NCBI GenBank assembly: GCA_030426955.1
Contig: JAUHXS010000001.1
Span: forward strand, 82,661 to 146,660
DNA length: 64,000 nt
Source: Bacteroidia bacterium
GTDB lineage: Bacteria > Bacteroidota > Bacteroidia > Chitinophagales > JAUHXS01
Direction of reading: 5' to 3'
A model generated the notes under the pieces. The model had not been told where the DNA came from and did not search any database. It saw only the letters and a program-made list of their open reading frames with translations. The stretch's first letter is position 1. The number at the start of each line of letters is the position of its first letter. The position numbers and the translations under genes were made by a program. Shown here piece by piece: positions 33,740 to 44,259 of the stretch.

Positions 33740-35236
33740 ATGAGAAAAGGATTTCTTGCTAGTATATTGCTACTATGTTCGTTTTTGATTTTTGCTGCTA
33801 AAGATGGGCATGATATTACAATTAAAGTAGAGGGAGTAAAGAATGCAAAAGGCCAACTAGCCTATCACTACGAAACTAAAAAATATTTAGAGATAGATTC
33901 TTTGCATTTTGACAAAAAAGGGATTGTAAATATTAAAGGAGATAAAAAATTACAAAAAGGAATATACCTTCTTGTTCTGCCAAACCAAAGCTATTTTGAA
34001 TTATTGATTGGGGAAGAACAAGAGTTTTACATGGAGACAGATACGAGCGACCTCATCAAGAGTATGGTCGTAAAAGAATCTATTAATAATGAGCTATTTT
34101 ATGGCTTTCTGCAATTTTGGGGGGAGAAACAGGAAGAAAATAAAAAGCTAAAAAATGAGCTCTCAGGTCTGAAAAAAATTGAAAAACCTAAAAAGGATGA
34201 AAAAGTCAGAATGGAAGAGATTGATAAGAAGCTTTCTGATAATGGAGAGGCAATAAGAAGCTATCAGGAGAAGATTATAACAAGTCACCCTAAAACGTTC
34301 TATGCGCATATTTTAAAGGCAATGAAGGATCCTGAAGTGCCAGATCCTCCAAAAGATAATAATGGCAATTTAATCGATTCCAACTTTACATTTAAATATT
34401 ATAAAGCGCATTACTGGGATAATTTTGACTTTAATGAAGATGGTTTAGTTAGGACGCCTATACTGAAAGGTAAGATGGATCGCTATTTAAATAAAATGAC
34501 GCTTCAAATACCAGATTCAATAATAAAATCGGCTGATTTTATCTTATCTCAAGCTCCAAAAAACTCGGAGATGATGAAGTATTTTCTTGCGAATCTTCTA
34601 AACGAATATGCCAACTCGAAGATTATGGGAATGGATGCTGTTTATGTTCATTTGGTGCAAAACTACTATGATAAGGGTACTGCATATTGGGTAGATGATG
34701 CTAATCTTAAGAAAATTTCAGATCGTGCTAAATCATTGAGTCCACTATTGATTGGAAAGGTACCTCCAAACATGGTGTTGAAAGACCTTGGAGGTAAATA
34801 TGTCTCTATGCACGATGTGGCCTCAAAAAATAAGTATACTGTCTTATTCTTGTATGACTCTGGTTGTGGACATTGTAAGAAAGCTGCTCCTAAACTAAAA
34901 AAGGGAATAGATACACTAAAAGCTAAGAAAATTGACGTTGAAGTTTATGCTGCTTGTACGGAAGTAAATGATCAGGAATGGAGAAAGTTTGTAAAGGATA
35001 AAAGTATAACTGAGTGGATAAATGTGGCAGACATTGATAAGCACAGCTATTTCAGGAGCCAATATGACATTACAAGCACTCCTCAGGTTTATATTGTAGA
35101 TAAGAATAAAAAAATCATAGCTAAGAGGCTTGGTGCAGAGCAAGTGCAAGACTTTATAGAAAGATACGACAAAAGTAAAGATGGTAAGCTTGGACCAGTG
35201 CAAATGAAGGAGGATAATCCAAGTGAAAATCAATAA
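33740..35236 (+). CDS. thioredoxin-fold (TlpA/AhpC-TSA-like) protein with a large N-terminal domain
   Basis: It has a signal peptide. The C-terminal thioredoxin-like domain carries YDSGCGHCKK (CxxC). The N-terminal part resembles DUF5106-type Bacteroidota proteins. Confidence 0.7.
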   Translation: MRKGFLASILLLCSFLIFAAKDGHDITIKVEGVKNAKGQLAYHYETKKYLEIDSLHFDKKGIVNIKGDKKLQKGIYLLVLPNQSYFELLIGEEQEFYMETDTSDLIKSMVVKESINNELFYGFLQFWGEKQEENKKLKNELSGLKKIEKPKKDEKVRMEEIDKKLSDNGEAIRSYQEKIITSHPKTFYAHILKAMKDPEVPDPPKDNNGNLIDSNFTFKYYKAHYWDNFDFNEDGLVRTPILKGKMDRYLNKMTLQIPDSIIKSADFILSQAPKNSEMMKYFLANLLNEYANSKIMGMDAVYVHLVQNYYDKGTAYWVDDANLKKISDRAKSLSPLLIGKVPPNMVLKDLGGKYVSMHDVASKNKYTVLFLYDSGCGHCKKAAPKLKKGIDTLKAKKIDVEVYAACTEVNDQEWRKFVKDKSITEWINVADIDKHSYFRSQYDITSTPQVYIVDKNKKIIAKRLGAEQVQDFIERYDKSKDGKLGPVQMKEDNPSENQ

Positions 35237-35630
35237 CAATACCATGGTCAAGTATCTTGCTTTATTTGTTCTTACGGTTTTTCTTTTAGGTTGTGACCAA
35301 GGGCCGAAAGATGGTAAGTATGTTAGAGAAGATTTTGTGACAATAGATACTTCAAATAAAGCTGCTTTTGGAAGGTTGTTAGGGAAAGCAGCGCAGGCTC
35401 TGACCTCTCAATTGACATTAAGTCAAACCATATATGTAAAGAATGATAAGATTGTAACACATCGTATGATGAGAAATATGGAGTTGCCAATTCAGCGTGA
35501 CAATGATCAGTATTACATCTTGCTTCCTGTTATAGATGATACTATTGAAGTGTCTTTCGTTAAGGAAAACGATAACTTAATATTTGACTTTCAGGATGAA
35601 CTATTGGAGTACACGCTTGTTGAAGAATAG
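35223..35630 (+). CDS. hypothetical lipoprotein
   Basis: Lipobox VFLLGCDQG. The start may be Met8 (35244). It overlaps or abuts the upstream gene. Confidence 0.4.
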   Translation: MKINNNTMVKYLALFVLTVFLLGCDQGPKDGKYVREDFVTIDTSNKAAFGRLLGKAAQALTSQLTLSQTIYVKNDKIVTHRMMRNMELPIQRDNDQYYILLPVIDDTIEVSFVKENDNLIFDFQDELLEYTLVEE

Positions 35631-35633
35631 CTT

Positions 35634-36281
35634 TTACCAGTTTTTACCTTGTAACATTGGGACAAAGGCAAAGTCGCCATGATCTTCCGTTTTTATTTCT
35701 GTATCTGAGATTTTAATAATTCGCTTCATTTTTTGACCATTTTGGTCATCAATAGGTATCACTAATAATCCGTCGACTTTTAATTGTTTTATTAGTTCCT
35801 CTGGAATGTAGGGGGCTCCCGCTGTTACGATTATCCTATCAAAAGGTGCATAAGCAGGTAGGCCTAAATAGCCGTCTCCAAAGAAAAATTTGATGTTTTT
35901 AAAGCCTAATTTATTTAACAATGGCTTGGTTTTATCATGTAGTTTTTTTTGCCGCTCTATAGTAAATATCCTCGCACCTAAATAAGATAAAACGGATGCT
36001 TGGTATCCCGATCCAGTACCAACTTCTAATACCTTATGATTGCGTTCTACATTAAGTAGCTGAGTTTGAAATGCGACGGTATAAGGTTGAGAGATAGTCT
36101 GTCCCTCTCCAATTTGAAATGCCTTGTCTTCGTAAGCTGCTTCTACAAAAGCCTTGTCTAAAAATAAGTGTCTTGGAATTGTAGCAATAGCGCCTAGTAT
36201 TTCTTGATTAGATATACCTTTTTGAACTAGTAACTCTGTTAACTTTTTCCTTAACCCTGCGTGTCTGTAATTATCTTCCAT
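35634..36281 (-). CDS. pcm: protein-L-isoaspartate O-methyltransferase
   Basis: Contains TISQPYTVAFQTQLL and VLEVGTGSGYQASVLS. The start is taken at the internal Met (MEDNYRHAGLRKKL) to avoid overlap with the upstream gene. Confidence 0.88.
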   Translation of the reverse strand: MEDNYRHAGLRKKLTELLVQKGISNQEILGAIATIPRHLFLDKAFVEAAYEDKAFQIGEGQTISQPYTVAFQTQLLNVERNHKVLEVGTGSGYQASVLSYLGARIFTIERQKKLHDKTKPLLNKLGFKNIKFFFGDGYLGLPAYAPFDRIIVTAGAPYIPEELIKQLKVDGLLVIPIDDQNGQKMKRIIKISDTEIKTEDHGDFAFVPMLQGKNW

Positions 36282-36282
36282 T

Positions 36283-38475
36283 TTATACTGTAAACCAATA
36301 AATGAGTTTGGCAATTAAGGCTCTGTTTTTGATGTAAAAAGAAGTTGGGTCATAATTGTCTGTATAAACAATATATAAATCAGATAGAGGCTTAAAGCGC
36401 CATTGTAGCCGACAATTTACGCTGATATTATCTAGCTGAACATTATATTGTAAGTAGTTTCTTAAAAATAGCTTTTTATTGAAAGAAAGTATTGTCTTAA
36501 GGTTTATACTTAGAAAGTCTGTTGTGCCATAAGGATCGGGCAGTTCAATAAGATTTCTTGTGGCGCCTAGCGTAAATACCCCAAGTGGTTGAAGCCGATA
36601 GTTAACATTGGCACCATAGGTTGTTTTGTGACCATTAAAAAATGTTCCCCAGTCAATATTTCCCTCAACACTGAATAGCTTTCTATTATCTGACGAATAT
36701 GATCCGCTAATGTTTTCATAATAATATTTCCCTTTTGGTAATTCAGCAGTACCTGTTCTCGTTATATCTACTGGAAATAAGAGCCTTGTCATAAAATTAT
36801 TATGTGTAAGAGTAAGGCTACTCGTATTTGAGAACACAATATTATATTGCTGTTGATATTGCTCATCACTTATATTGTAGTTAATGTCATAATAATTGTT
36901 TAAATATAATTTGAAAGATTGCTGAATAATCCAAGGTGTTTTAGGATAGAATGTATATTGAGCTGAAGGCTCTAATCTCCAATAAGCAAATCTTATAGTC
37001 GAATCATTTTCAGTATCTCTTCTAAAAAGCCTGGGAACAAAGCCAACTTCTGCAATATAGTTATTGCCTACATATTCGTGATTCCATGCAATAGCTAGAT
37101 TACGGGTGTTATAAGCTAAAAAAGAGGCATGCGCTTTATTATCATTTAGCTTTTCGTTCGTAAAAGATTTGTGGTAAAAAAAGATTCCACTCCATTTATT
37201 GTTGTTAGAGGTAAGCTTATAGTCTAATCCTACAATAGTATTATAGTCCCCAGCAATGGGTTGGTAGCCCTTAAATCCTTGTTTGTTGACAACAATCAAT
37301 CCAATATTTGACTGATCAAAAATCCTTCGCTGTACAGCACCTACAAAGTAATTTTGAGATGCTAGATTTAATTCGCTGACACCTTCTGTTTGTATATCCA
37401 TCAAGCCAACTCTCCAGTTTTTATTTACCTTTCCACTTAGTCGTGCTCCAGCTAAAATAGGCACTTGCATACCTTGCGATATGCCTATTCTTCTTGAAAA
37501 GAATGGCCTGATTCGACTGAATCCGAAATTTCCGAAGAGGTCGCTATTTTCAATAAAAAATTGTCTTTTTTCTGGTAGGTTTAGTTCAAAGCGTGTCAAA
37601 TTGGTTTGTTGCTGATCAACTTCTACCTGACTGAAATCTGGATTAAATGTTAGGTCAAGATTAAGAGATGATGTAACTGCTATTTTTGCATCTCCACCCA
37701 CATTAGTTCTTAAGTTGAATTTTTCTTCAGATTGATAATTTCTATCTGTGCCAAGTAATGTGTAGGGGATAATAGATATATTGTTTCCCGCTTTTTTAGG
37801 GGATGCGTCCCATTTTAAAATTCCCGTAAAACCCAATGAGGCAACATTAAAGTTTCGAGGTACTGGTGACCATGCAGAGTTTTCATTAATCTTTAAATTA
37901 TTTCTAGAGAAGTTTACTCTCCAAGTATCGCTGCCCTCTTTATATCTGATAGATTTGAATGGGATAGCCATTTCAACAATCCAACGATCATGATATCTTT
38001 TGACTTCAGAAAACCATCTATTATCCCAACTTGTTGTAACGCCAAATCGACCATTGTTGGCAATGAGCCCTTCTCTTTGTACACCCATTGGGCTTACTGT
38101 GAAGTTAAACCCATTGGTCTGATCTCCAAATGGATCTAAATAAATTGCAAAAGCATCATTAGCTGGATAGGAGAAATCTCGAATGAGTGAACGTATAATG
38201 TAGTCACCTCCAAAAGTATCATAGCATATAGCTCCCACATAGATAAATTTATCATCATAAGTCATCTTGACTTCTGTTTTTGTGACGGATAATGAAGTAT
38301 CATAAGGTGTTTGCTGCTGAAAGCCTCCTGTTGTTTCGGCTATTTGCCAATCTGATTCATCTAATTGACCGTCAAGTGCTATTTTTCCTTTAGCCTTTTG
38401 TATTTGATAGTTCCTTTCCTGTGCATATAGAGATAAAGAAAATAATATAAGGATTAATGAAAGGTTAAATTTCAA
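36283..38475 (-). CDS. DUF5916 / carbohydrate-binding family 9-like outer-membrane-associated protein
   Basis: 730 aa with a signal peptide. The N-terminal CBM9-like region (KIALDGQLDESDWQ) is followed by a large beta-rich C-terminal part that ends in aromatic residues. Confidence 0.55.
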   Translation of the reverse strand: MKFNLSLILILFSLSLYAQERNYQIQKAKGKIALDGQLDESDWQIAETTGGFQQQTPYDTSLSVTKTEVKMTYDDKFIYVGAICYDTFGGDYIIRSLIRDFSYPANDAFAIYLDPFGDQTNGFNFTVSPMGVQREGLIANNGRFGVTTSWDNRWFSEVKRYHDRWIVEMAIPFKSIRYKEGSDTWRVNFSRNNLKINENSAWSPVPRNFNVASLGFTGILKWDASPKKAGNNISIIPYTLLGTDRNYQSEEKFNLRTNVGGDAKIAVTSSLNLDLTFNPDFSQVEVDQQQTNLTRFELNLPEKRQFFIENSDLFGNFGFSRIRPFFSRRIGISQGMQVPILAGARLSGKVNKNWRVGLMDIQTEGVSELNLASQNYFVGAVQRRIFDQSNIGLIVVNKQGFKGYQPIAGDYNTIVGLDYKLTSNNNKWSGIFFYHKSFTNEKLNDNKAHASFLAYNTRNLAIAWNHEYVGNNYIAEVGFVPRLFRRDTENDSTIRFAYWRLEPSAQYTFYPKTPWIIQQSFKLYLNNYYDINYNISDEQYQQQYNIVFSNTSSLTLTHNNFMTRLLFPVDITRTGTAELPKGKYYYENISGSYSSDNRKLFSVEGNIDWGTFFNGHKTTYGANVNYRLQPLGVFTLGATRNLIELPDPYGTTDFLSINLKTILSFNKKLFLRNYLQYNVQLDNISVNCRLQWRFKPLSDLYIVYTDNYDPTSFYIKNRALIAKLIYWFTV

Positions 38476-38562
38476 AAGTGACGGTTTGTTCCTGATAAAA
38501 TGTCTTAACTTTAACCGTTAAGAAGCAAACAAAAATAATTAATTGAAATAAGAAATTGAGTT

Positions 38563-39966
38563 ATGAGCTTGATTAAGTTTGGCACAGACGGATGGAGAGC
38601 TATTATCGCAAAAGATTATACGGTAGACAACTTGATGCGTGTAACGAAAGCTACTGCTGATTGGTTGAATGAAAAGTATGATAATCCGATTGCAGTAATT
38701 GGATATGATTGTCGTTTTGGAGGACAGATGTTTCAGGATGTTGTGATTCAGGTTTTGTGTTCCCAAGGAGTAAAAGTGATCATCTCTGATAGTTTTAGTT
38801 CTACTCCGATGGTTTCATTAGCTGCTAAAAAGCTCGGTGCTAATATTGGCGTAGTGATTACTGCGAGCCATAATCCACCTTCCTATAATGGATTTAAATT
38901 AAAAGGTCATTATGGCGGGCCATCATTACCAAATGTTATTAGTGAGATAGAGAATTTGATACCAGAATCAACAAACTTATTATTATCAAGTGTTGATGAA
39001 TATAAAAGCAAAGGCTTTATCGAAGTGCAAAACTTAGAGCAGCTATATCTAGAGCATGCTAAAAGCAGCTTTAATCTTGATAAGATAAAGTCTACAGATA
39101 TCCATTTAGCATACGATGCAATGTATGGTGCAGGGCAAAGTATTGTGAAAAGATTATTCGATAAAAATGTCAGCTACTTGCACGCTGAGTTTAACCCTTC
39201 CTTTAATGATCAAGCGCCAGAGCCTTTGCATAAAAACTTATCAGAATTGTCTGCGCTAATAAAAGGAGACAACAATTTAAAATTTGGTTTTGCAACAGAT
39301 GGAGATGCTGATAGAATTGGTGTTTATGATGAGAATGGTGTTTTTATAGACTCACATCATGTCATTTTACTTTTAGTGCATTATTTGCATAAATATAAAG
39401 ACATGGATGGTAAAGTAGTTATTTCATTCTCATGCTCTAATAAAATTAAAAAGCTTTGTGAAGTTTATGGATTACAGTATGAGATTACTAAGATTGGATT
39501 TAAGTACATTTGCGGGCATATGGTTGACGAGGATGTGTTGGTAGGAGGGGAAGAGTCAGGAGGCATTGCTGTTAAGGGACACGTTCCAGAGCGCGATGGT
39601 GTATGGAATGCATTGCTTTTGTTAGAGTTTATGGCAGAGACGGGTAAAACGATTAGTGAGTTAATTCAGGAGGTCTACGATATTGTTGGCTCATTTTCAT
39701 TTGAAAGAAACGACTTACACATTGATGAAGACCTTAAACTAAAGATTGTTGAAAATTGTAAAAACAATACGTATAATTCATTTGGTAGTTATACTGTTCA
39801 ATCTGTAGAGAGTGTCGATGGGTTTAAATTCTTTTTTGAAGATGATAGTTGGGTAATGATACGCCCATCGGGTACAGAGCCTGTTTTGAGGGTTTATGCT
39901 GAGGCGGAGAACATAGATAAGGTTAATGATATATTGAGTAGTGTAAAAGCTACTCTATTAAGCTGA
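38563..39966 (+). CDS. phosphoglucomutase/phosphomannomutase family protein
   Basis: Has the phosphoserine loop ITASHNPPSYNGFK, the metal loop FATDGDADR, and the sugar-binding GGEESGG. Confidence 0.87.
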   Translation: MSLIKFGTDGWRAIIAKDYTVDNLMRVTKATADWLNEKYDNPIAVIGYDCRFGGQMFQDVVIQVLCSQGVKVIISDSFSSTPMVSLAAKKLGANIGVVITASHNPPSYNGFKLKGHYGGPSLPNVISEIENLIPESTNLLLSSVDEYKSKGFIEVQNLEQLYLEHAKSSFNLDKIKSTDIHLAYDAMYGAGQSIVKRLFDKNVSYLHAEFNPSFNDQAPEPLHKNLSELSALIKGDNNLKFGFATDGDADRIGVYDENGVFIDSHHVILLLVHYLHKYKDMDGKVVISFSCSNKIKKLCEVYGLQYEITKIGFKYICGHMVDEDVLVGGEESGGIAVKGHVPERDGVWNALLLLEFMAETGKTISELIQEVYDIVGSFSFERNDLHIDEDLKLKIVENCKNNTYNSFGSYTVQSVESVDGFKFFFEDDSWVMIRPSGTEPVLRVYAEAENIDKVNDILSSVKATLLS

Positions 39967-40162
39967 TTTTGTTTAGAACCCGAAGTTTACCAGATAATAT
40001 TTCTATAACTTAAAAAATAACTATTATATCTTTTCTAAGCTAGTTCTATTGATTATCTCATAGAGGCTAAAGTGAAGTTAACTTTAATACATAATCAATT
40101 GGACTTGTAACAATATTTAAATAATGTTTCGGATTATTAACTAAAAAGATGTTTATTTTAGC

Positions 40163-42265
40163 ATGGTGAGGTTTATCGTTAAAGTCTTTGTCTATTTATT
40201 ATTAATTACACCAGTATTTTCACAAAATGAATTTGCCAACTGGGCTTTTGGAAAGGAAGCTGGATTGAGTTTTATCTCAGGAACACCGATTCCAATTGAT
40301 GGTTTAAAAGGAAATGCCTCGGAAGGAACTGCAACTATATCAGATTTTTCTGGGAATCTGTTGTTTTATGTCTCCAATAGGTTTACAACAAACTACTTTA
40401 CTATTTATAATAGAGACAATCAAATCATGTTGAATGGAGATAGCTTATTAGGACAGAAATCATCGGCACAAGGTGCCTTGATAGTTCCTCAACCTGGAAA
40501 TAACTGCTTGTACTATGTTTTTACGCAAGCAGCTCAGGGAGGTGACTTTGGAGGATCTCAGCTTTTTGGAGGATTGGCATATTCAGTTGTTAACATCAAT
40601 GGGGATAATGGGCTTGGAGAGGTTACGGTTAAAAATGATACATTATTGAACAAAAGCACAGAGAAGATGGCAGCTACTATGCATGCCAACGGCAAAGATG
40701 TTTGGATCATGGCACATGGGCTAGATAGTGATAGTTTCTATGCTTATCTGTTGACTCAGGATGGGCTAAGTACCCCAGTAATTTCTAAGCAAGGAGCAAT
40801 TCATCCTAGTGTGAACATCCCAGGGCAAATGAGGTTTTCCCCTAATGGTCAAAGGTTAGCTATTACTAACAGGCCAATGACTTTTGAGGTGTTCGATTTT
40901 AATAATGCATCGGGATTGGTAAACTACAATTACACTCTTAACTCTATTTCAAATTCTATTTATGGTTTAGAATTTTCTCCAAATAGTAATGTTTTATATA
41001 CAACACATGATGATAGTACAAAGATCGTACAGTATGATTTGTCGTCGGGTGTGCCAGCTACAGTTGATGCTAGTAAATACAAGATTGCAATGCCAGCGAC
41101 TAGTGCTGGCATACAGCTTGCTATTGATGGAAAGATATACTGTGCAAGAAGGTTGCAAGATTCTATAGATTGTATACATGATCCAAATGTTTTAGGAGTA
41201 GGGTGTAACTATCAATATAACATGATTTCGGTAAGCAATGTACCGACCAGCAGTTGTGAGAGTGGTCTTTCTAGTGTTATCAGTAATTACACCTCTAGAG
41301 GAGATTTGTCAATTAATTCTAGTTTTACTTTATCAAATATAAACTGTAGTGATACCATTTCCTTTAATACCGATATTGATACTTGCATTAAAATTGTTAA
41401 CAGAAAGTGGGACTTCGGTGATCCTGCTTCAGGTGCTTTAAATATAGATTCTGTAGTAAACCCTACTCATTACTATACTAGTACAGGAGAATATATTATT
41501 ACATTAATAGAAGAAGGTATTTGTGAGGTTGATACCTTCGTTGATACAATATTTATTACAAAAGAAAGCTTTTTTAATCTAGACTCAGTTAATGTTTGCG
41601 CTGGAGATTCTGCATCAATCGATAGCATTCCAGATTATTATGATAACTATTTATGGTCGCCATCTACAGGCTTGGATATTGATACCACTGCTAAACCAAC
41701 ATTTGTTGGAACTGTAAATGAACGATATTTAGTGGAAACTTCTTACTTAGGTTGTATTGATACCTATGCTATAGATGTTTTAATATCAAGTATTACAGTA
41801 GATGCAGGTAAGGATACAACTATCAACTTTGGAGAAAATATTACCCTAATGGCAACAGGTGCAATGGGTTATATTTGGACAGATAGCAGTACTTTGAGCT
41901 GTGGTAATTGCGTTGCCCCCAATGCCATTCCACAAGAGACGACTACATATTATGTTACAGGCACAGATAAAAATGGATGTTCTGATATTGATAGTATAAC
42001 AGTAAATGTTCTCAAACAATTCTTCTTGCCCAATGCACTCTCTCTTAATAACGATGAAAATAATGAGCTTGAGTGGGACTTAAGAGGGATAACCAACAAT
42101 GTCCATGTTTTAATAGCTGATAGGTTAGGGAACATAATATATGAATCCAAAAAACTTGTTGATCAATGGGAGGTAAAAGATTTTTCAGACCTAACAACGG
42201 TTGTTGTATCTATAGATATGGGAGATCAAAAAAGGTTTGTTTCAAACGTTACGATTCTTAAATAG
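40163..42265 (+). CDS. surface protein paralogous to 16570-19707, with a PKD domain and a divergent type B sorting-like C-terminus
   Basis: The N-terminal WAFGKEAGLSFISGTP...GNLLFYVSN aligns with WYFGNYAGLDFNCTP...GNLLFYSDG of the other protein. WDFGDPASG...NPTHYYTSTGEYIITL is a PKD domain. The C-terminus FLPNALSLNNDENNELEW...ADRLGNIIYES...SNVTILK has the type B CTD skeleton with degenerate residues. Confidence 0.65.
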   Translation: MVRFIVKVFVYLLLITPVFSQNEFANWAFGKEAGLSFISGTPIPIDGLKGNASEGTATISDFSGNLLFYVSNRFTTNYFTIYNRDNQIMLNGDSLLGQKSSAQGALIVPQPGNNCLYYVFTQAAQGGDFGGSQLFGGLAYSVVNINGDNGLGEVTVKNDTLLNKSTEKMAATMHANGKDVWIMAHGLDSDSFYAYLLTQDGLSTPVISKQGAIHPSVNIPGQMRFSPNGQRLAITNRPMTFEVFDFNNASGLVNYNYTLNSISNSIYGLEFSPNSNVLYTTHDDSTKIVQYDLSSGVPATVDASKYKIAMPATSAGIQLAIDGKIYCARRLQDSIDCIHDPNVLGVGCNYQYNMISVSNVPTSSCESGLSSVISNYTSRGDLSINSSFTLSNINCSDTISFNTDIDTCIKIVNRKWDFGDPASGALNIDSVVNPTHYYTSTGEYIITLIEEGICEVDTFVDTIFITKESFFNLDSVNVCAGDSASIDSIPDYYDNYLWSPSTGLDIDTTAKPTFVGTVNERYLVETSYLGCIDTYAIDVLISSITVDAGKDTTINFGENITLMATGAMGYIWTDSSTLSCGNCVAPNAIPQETTTYYVTGTDKNGCSDIDSITVNVLKQFFLPNALSLNNDENNELEWDLRGITNNVHVLIADRLGNIIYESKKLVDQWEVKDFSDLTTVVVSIDMGDQKRFVSNVTILK

Positions 42266-42285
42266 AAATAAACGTCCATTTTTTA

Positions 42286-42293
42286 TACCTTTG
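42286..42293 (+). promoter_or_regulatory. candidate -7 promoter box (TACCTTTG) for the M42 peptidase gene
   Basis: Exact TAnnTTTG, 28 nt upstream of the ATG at 42322. Confidence 0.45.
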
Positions 42294-42321
42294 CAATCCT
42301 TTCTTAAATAAAATTAATAGT

Positions 42322-43404
42322 ATGGATTTTGTTACCAAAGAGTCAGAGAAGTTTTTAGAAAAGTATATAAATAACCCATCACCAACAGGTTATGAGGTAG
42401 AAGGTCAAAAGCTTTGGCTAGATTATATCAAGCCTTATATAGACGATCATTATGTTGATAAATATGGCACAGCGGTTGGCATCATAAACCCTGGTTCAGA
42501 CTATAAGGTAGTTATAGAGGCACACTCTGATGAAATTTCTTGGTATGTAAATTATATATCTGATGAAGGTTTAATTTATGTATGTCGAAATGGAGGATCT
42601 GATCATCAAATAGCACCATCCAAAAGAGTTAATATTCACACCAAAAAAGGTATTGTTAAAGCAATTTTTGGGTGGCCAGCAATTCATACAAGAAAAGGTG
42701 GTACAAAGGAAAAAGCCCCTGAATTAACTAATATTTTCTTAGACTGTGGTTGCACATCACCAGAAGAAGTTAAGGAATTAGGTATTCATGTGGGTTGTGT
42801 CATTACTTACGAGGATGAGTTTATCGTCTTAAATGATCGCTATTATACAGGTCGTGCATTGGATAATAGGGCAGGAGGATTTATGATTGCTCAAGTAGCC
42901 AGACTACTGAAAGAAAATAACATTAAACTGCCATATAGTTTGTATGTCGTCAATGCAGTTCAGGAAGAAGTTGGATTAAGAGGAGCTCAAATGATAACAG
43001 AGACAATCAAGCCTGATGTTGCCATTATTACAGATGTTTGCCATGATACTACAACGCCAATGATTGACCAGAAGGAGCAAGGCTATTTTAAATGTGGTAA
43101 AGGACCAGTCTTATTACATGCACCGTCTGTTCATAATACTCTTCTAGATATATTAATAGATACAGCAGAAAAGGCAGGTGTTCAATTTCAGCATGCAGCT
43201 GCTTCACGCTTTACGGGCACTGATACGGATGCTTTTGCATATTCAAATGGTGGTGTGCCATCCGCTCTGATTTCATTGCCCATGCGATATATGCATACTA
43301 CAGTAGAAAGTGTTCACAAGGACGATGTAAAAGGAGTAATACAGTTGATGTATGAGGCTTTGCAAAATATTGAGGTTAATCACGACTTTCAGTATTTGAA
43401 ATAG
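42322..43404 (+). CDS. M42 family metallopeptidase (glutamyl aminopeptidase-like)
   Basis: 360 aa. Contains VIEAHSDEISW, GRALDNRAGG, QEEVGLRGA and ITDVCHDT, the metal-ligand pattern of the M42/FrvX family. Confidence 0.85.
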   Translation: MDFVTKESEKFLEKYINNPSPTGYEVEGQKLWLDYIKPYIDDHYVDKYGTAVGIINPGSDYKVVIEAHSDEISWYVNYISDEGLIYVCRNGGSDHQIAPSKRVNIHTKKGIVKAIFGWPAIHTRKGGTKEKAPELTNIFLDCGCTSPEEVKELGIHVGCVITYEDEFIVLNDRYYTGRALDNRAGGFMIAQVARLLKENNIKLPYSLYVVNAVQEEVGLRGAQMITETIKPDVAIITDVCHDTTTPMIDQKEQGYFKCGKGPVLLHAPSVHNTLLDILIDTAEKAGVQFQHAAASRFTGTDTDAFAYSNGGVPSALISLPMRYMHTTVESVHKDDVKGVIQLMYEALQNIEVNHDFQYLK

Positions 43405-43412
43405 CACACCCT

Positions 43413-44258
43413 TTGATATTAGTACGTAAAGTATTGTCTTGGGTTTTAGTAAGCAATCTTTACATTTCTTTTTGTGCATTATCACTAACGTGTTCTACTT
43501 ATATTCTACTTGAAGAGAGCATCATTCAATTTGAAGTTCTAGCATTTGTTTTTTCTGGGACGTGGCTGATGTATGCTTTATGCAGTATTTGGGAGCGAAG
43601 CAATGCAGTCTCCGTTTCATATGATAGTAATTTTATAAGCCGCAGGCAATGGCTAAAATCAAATCCGAATATAGCTAGAGTAACCATAGGTCTAAACTCC
43701 ATTGTTGCTATAGTATCTTTTCTTTTATTAGATAGTAAAGCCCAAATAGTGGTTGTTCCATTTGGATTGCTTGCTCTAGGGTATGCCTTTCCTTTTCTAA
43801 ATAAAGGCAAGAAGAGTTTCAGAGAGCTTTGGGGATTGAAAATATTCCTGATAGCGATATCATGGACTGGTGTGACTGCATTGTTGCCTATTATTTCTTC
43901 TAGTCAAAATATTACATTGCTTGAAACGATTTATTTAGTAGCAGAGCGTTTTGTTTTCATTTTAGCAATTACGCTGCCTTTTGATATTCGTGATATTGAA
44001 TATGACATGAAGGCAGGAATGACTACCATTCCTTCAATATTGGGTGAGTACAAGTCTATGCTACTAAGTGTTGCTTTATTGATTTTGTGGTGCGCAGTAG
44101 GATATTTTGCATTTGATTATATAAGTGCAATAATATTGACATTTGCTTTTACATTAGCCGCTATATTGTTAAGTTATAAAAGGAGAAACGATTATTTTTA
44201 TTTAGGTGTTTTAGATGGAACAATGATCTTGTTTTTTCTGTTGTTAAAGTTGATGTAA
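43413..44258 (+). CDS. putative UbiA-like prenyltransferase family membrane protein
   Basis: Polytopic membrane protein. AITLPFDIRDIEYDMKAGMTTIPSILG resembles the second Asp-rich motif of UbiA-type enzymes. I did not recognise the first motif. The start codon is TTG, so the start is uncertain. Confidence 0.4.
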   Translation: MILVRKVLSWVLVSNLYISFCALSLTCSTYILLEESIIQFEVLAFVFSGTWLMYALCSIWERSNAVSVSYDSNFISRRQWLKSNPNIARVTIGLNSIVAIVSFLLLDSKAQIVVVPFGLLALGYAFPFLNKGKKSFRELWGLKIFLIAISWTGVTALLPIISSSQNITLLETIYLVAERFVFILAITLPFDIRDIEYDMKAGMTTIPSILGEYKSMLLSVALLILWCAVGYFAFDYISAIILTFAFTLAAILLSYKRRNDYFYLGVLDGTMILFFLLLKLM

Positions 44259-44259
44259 A

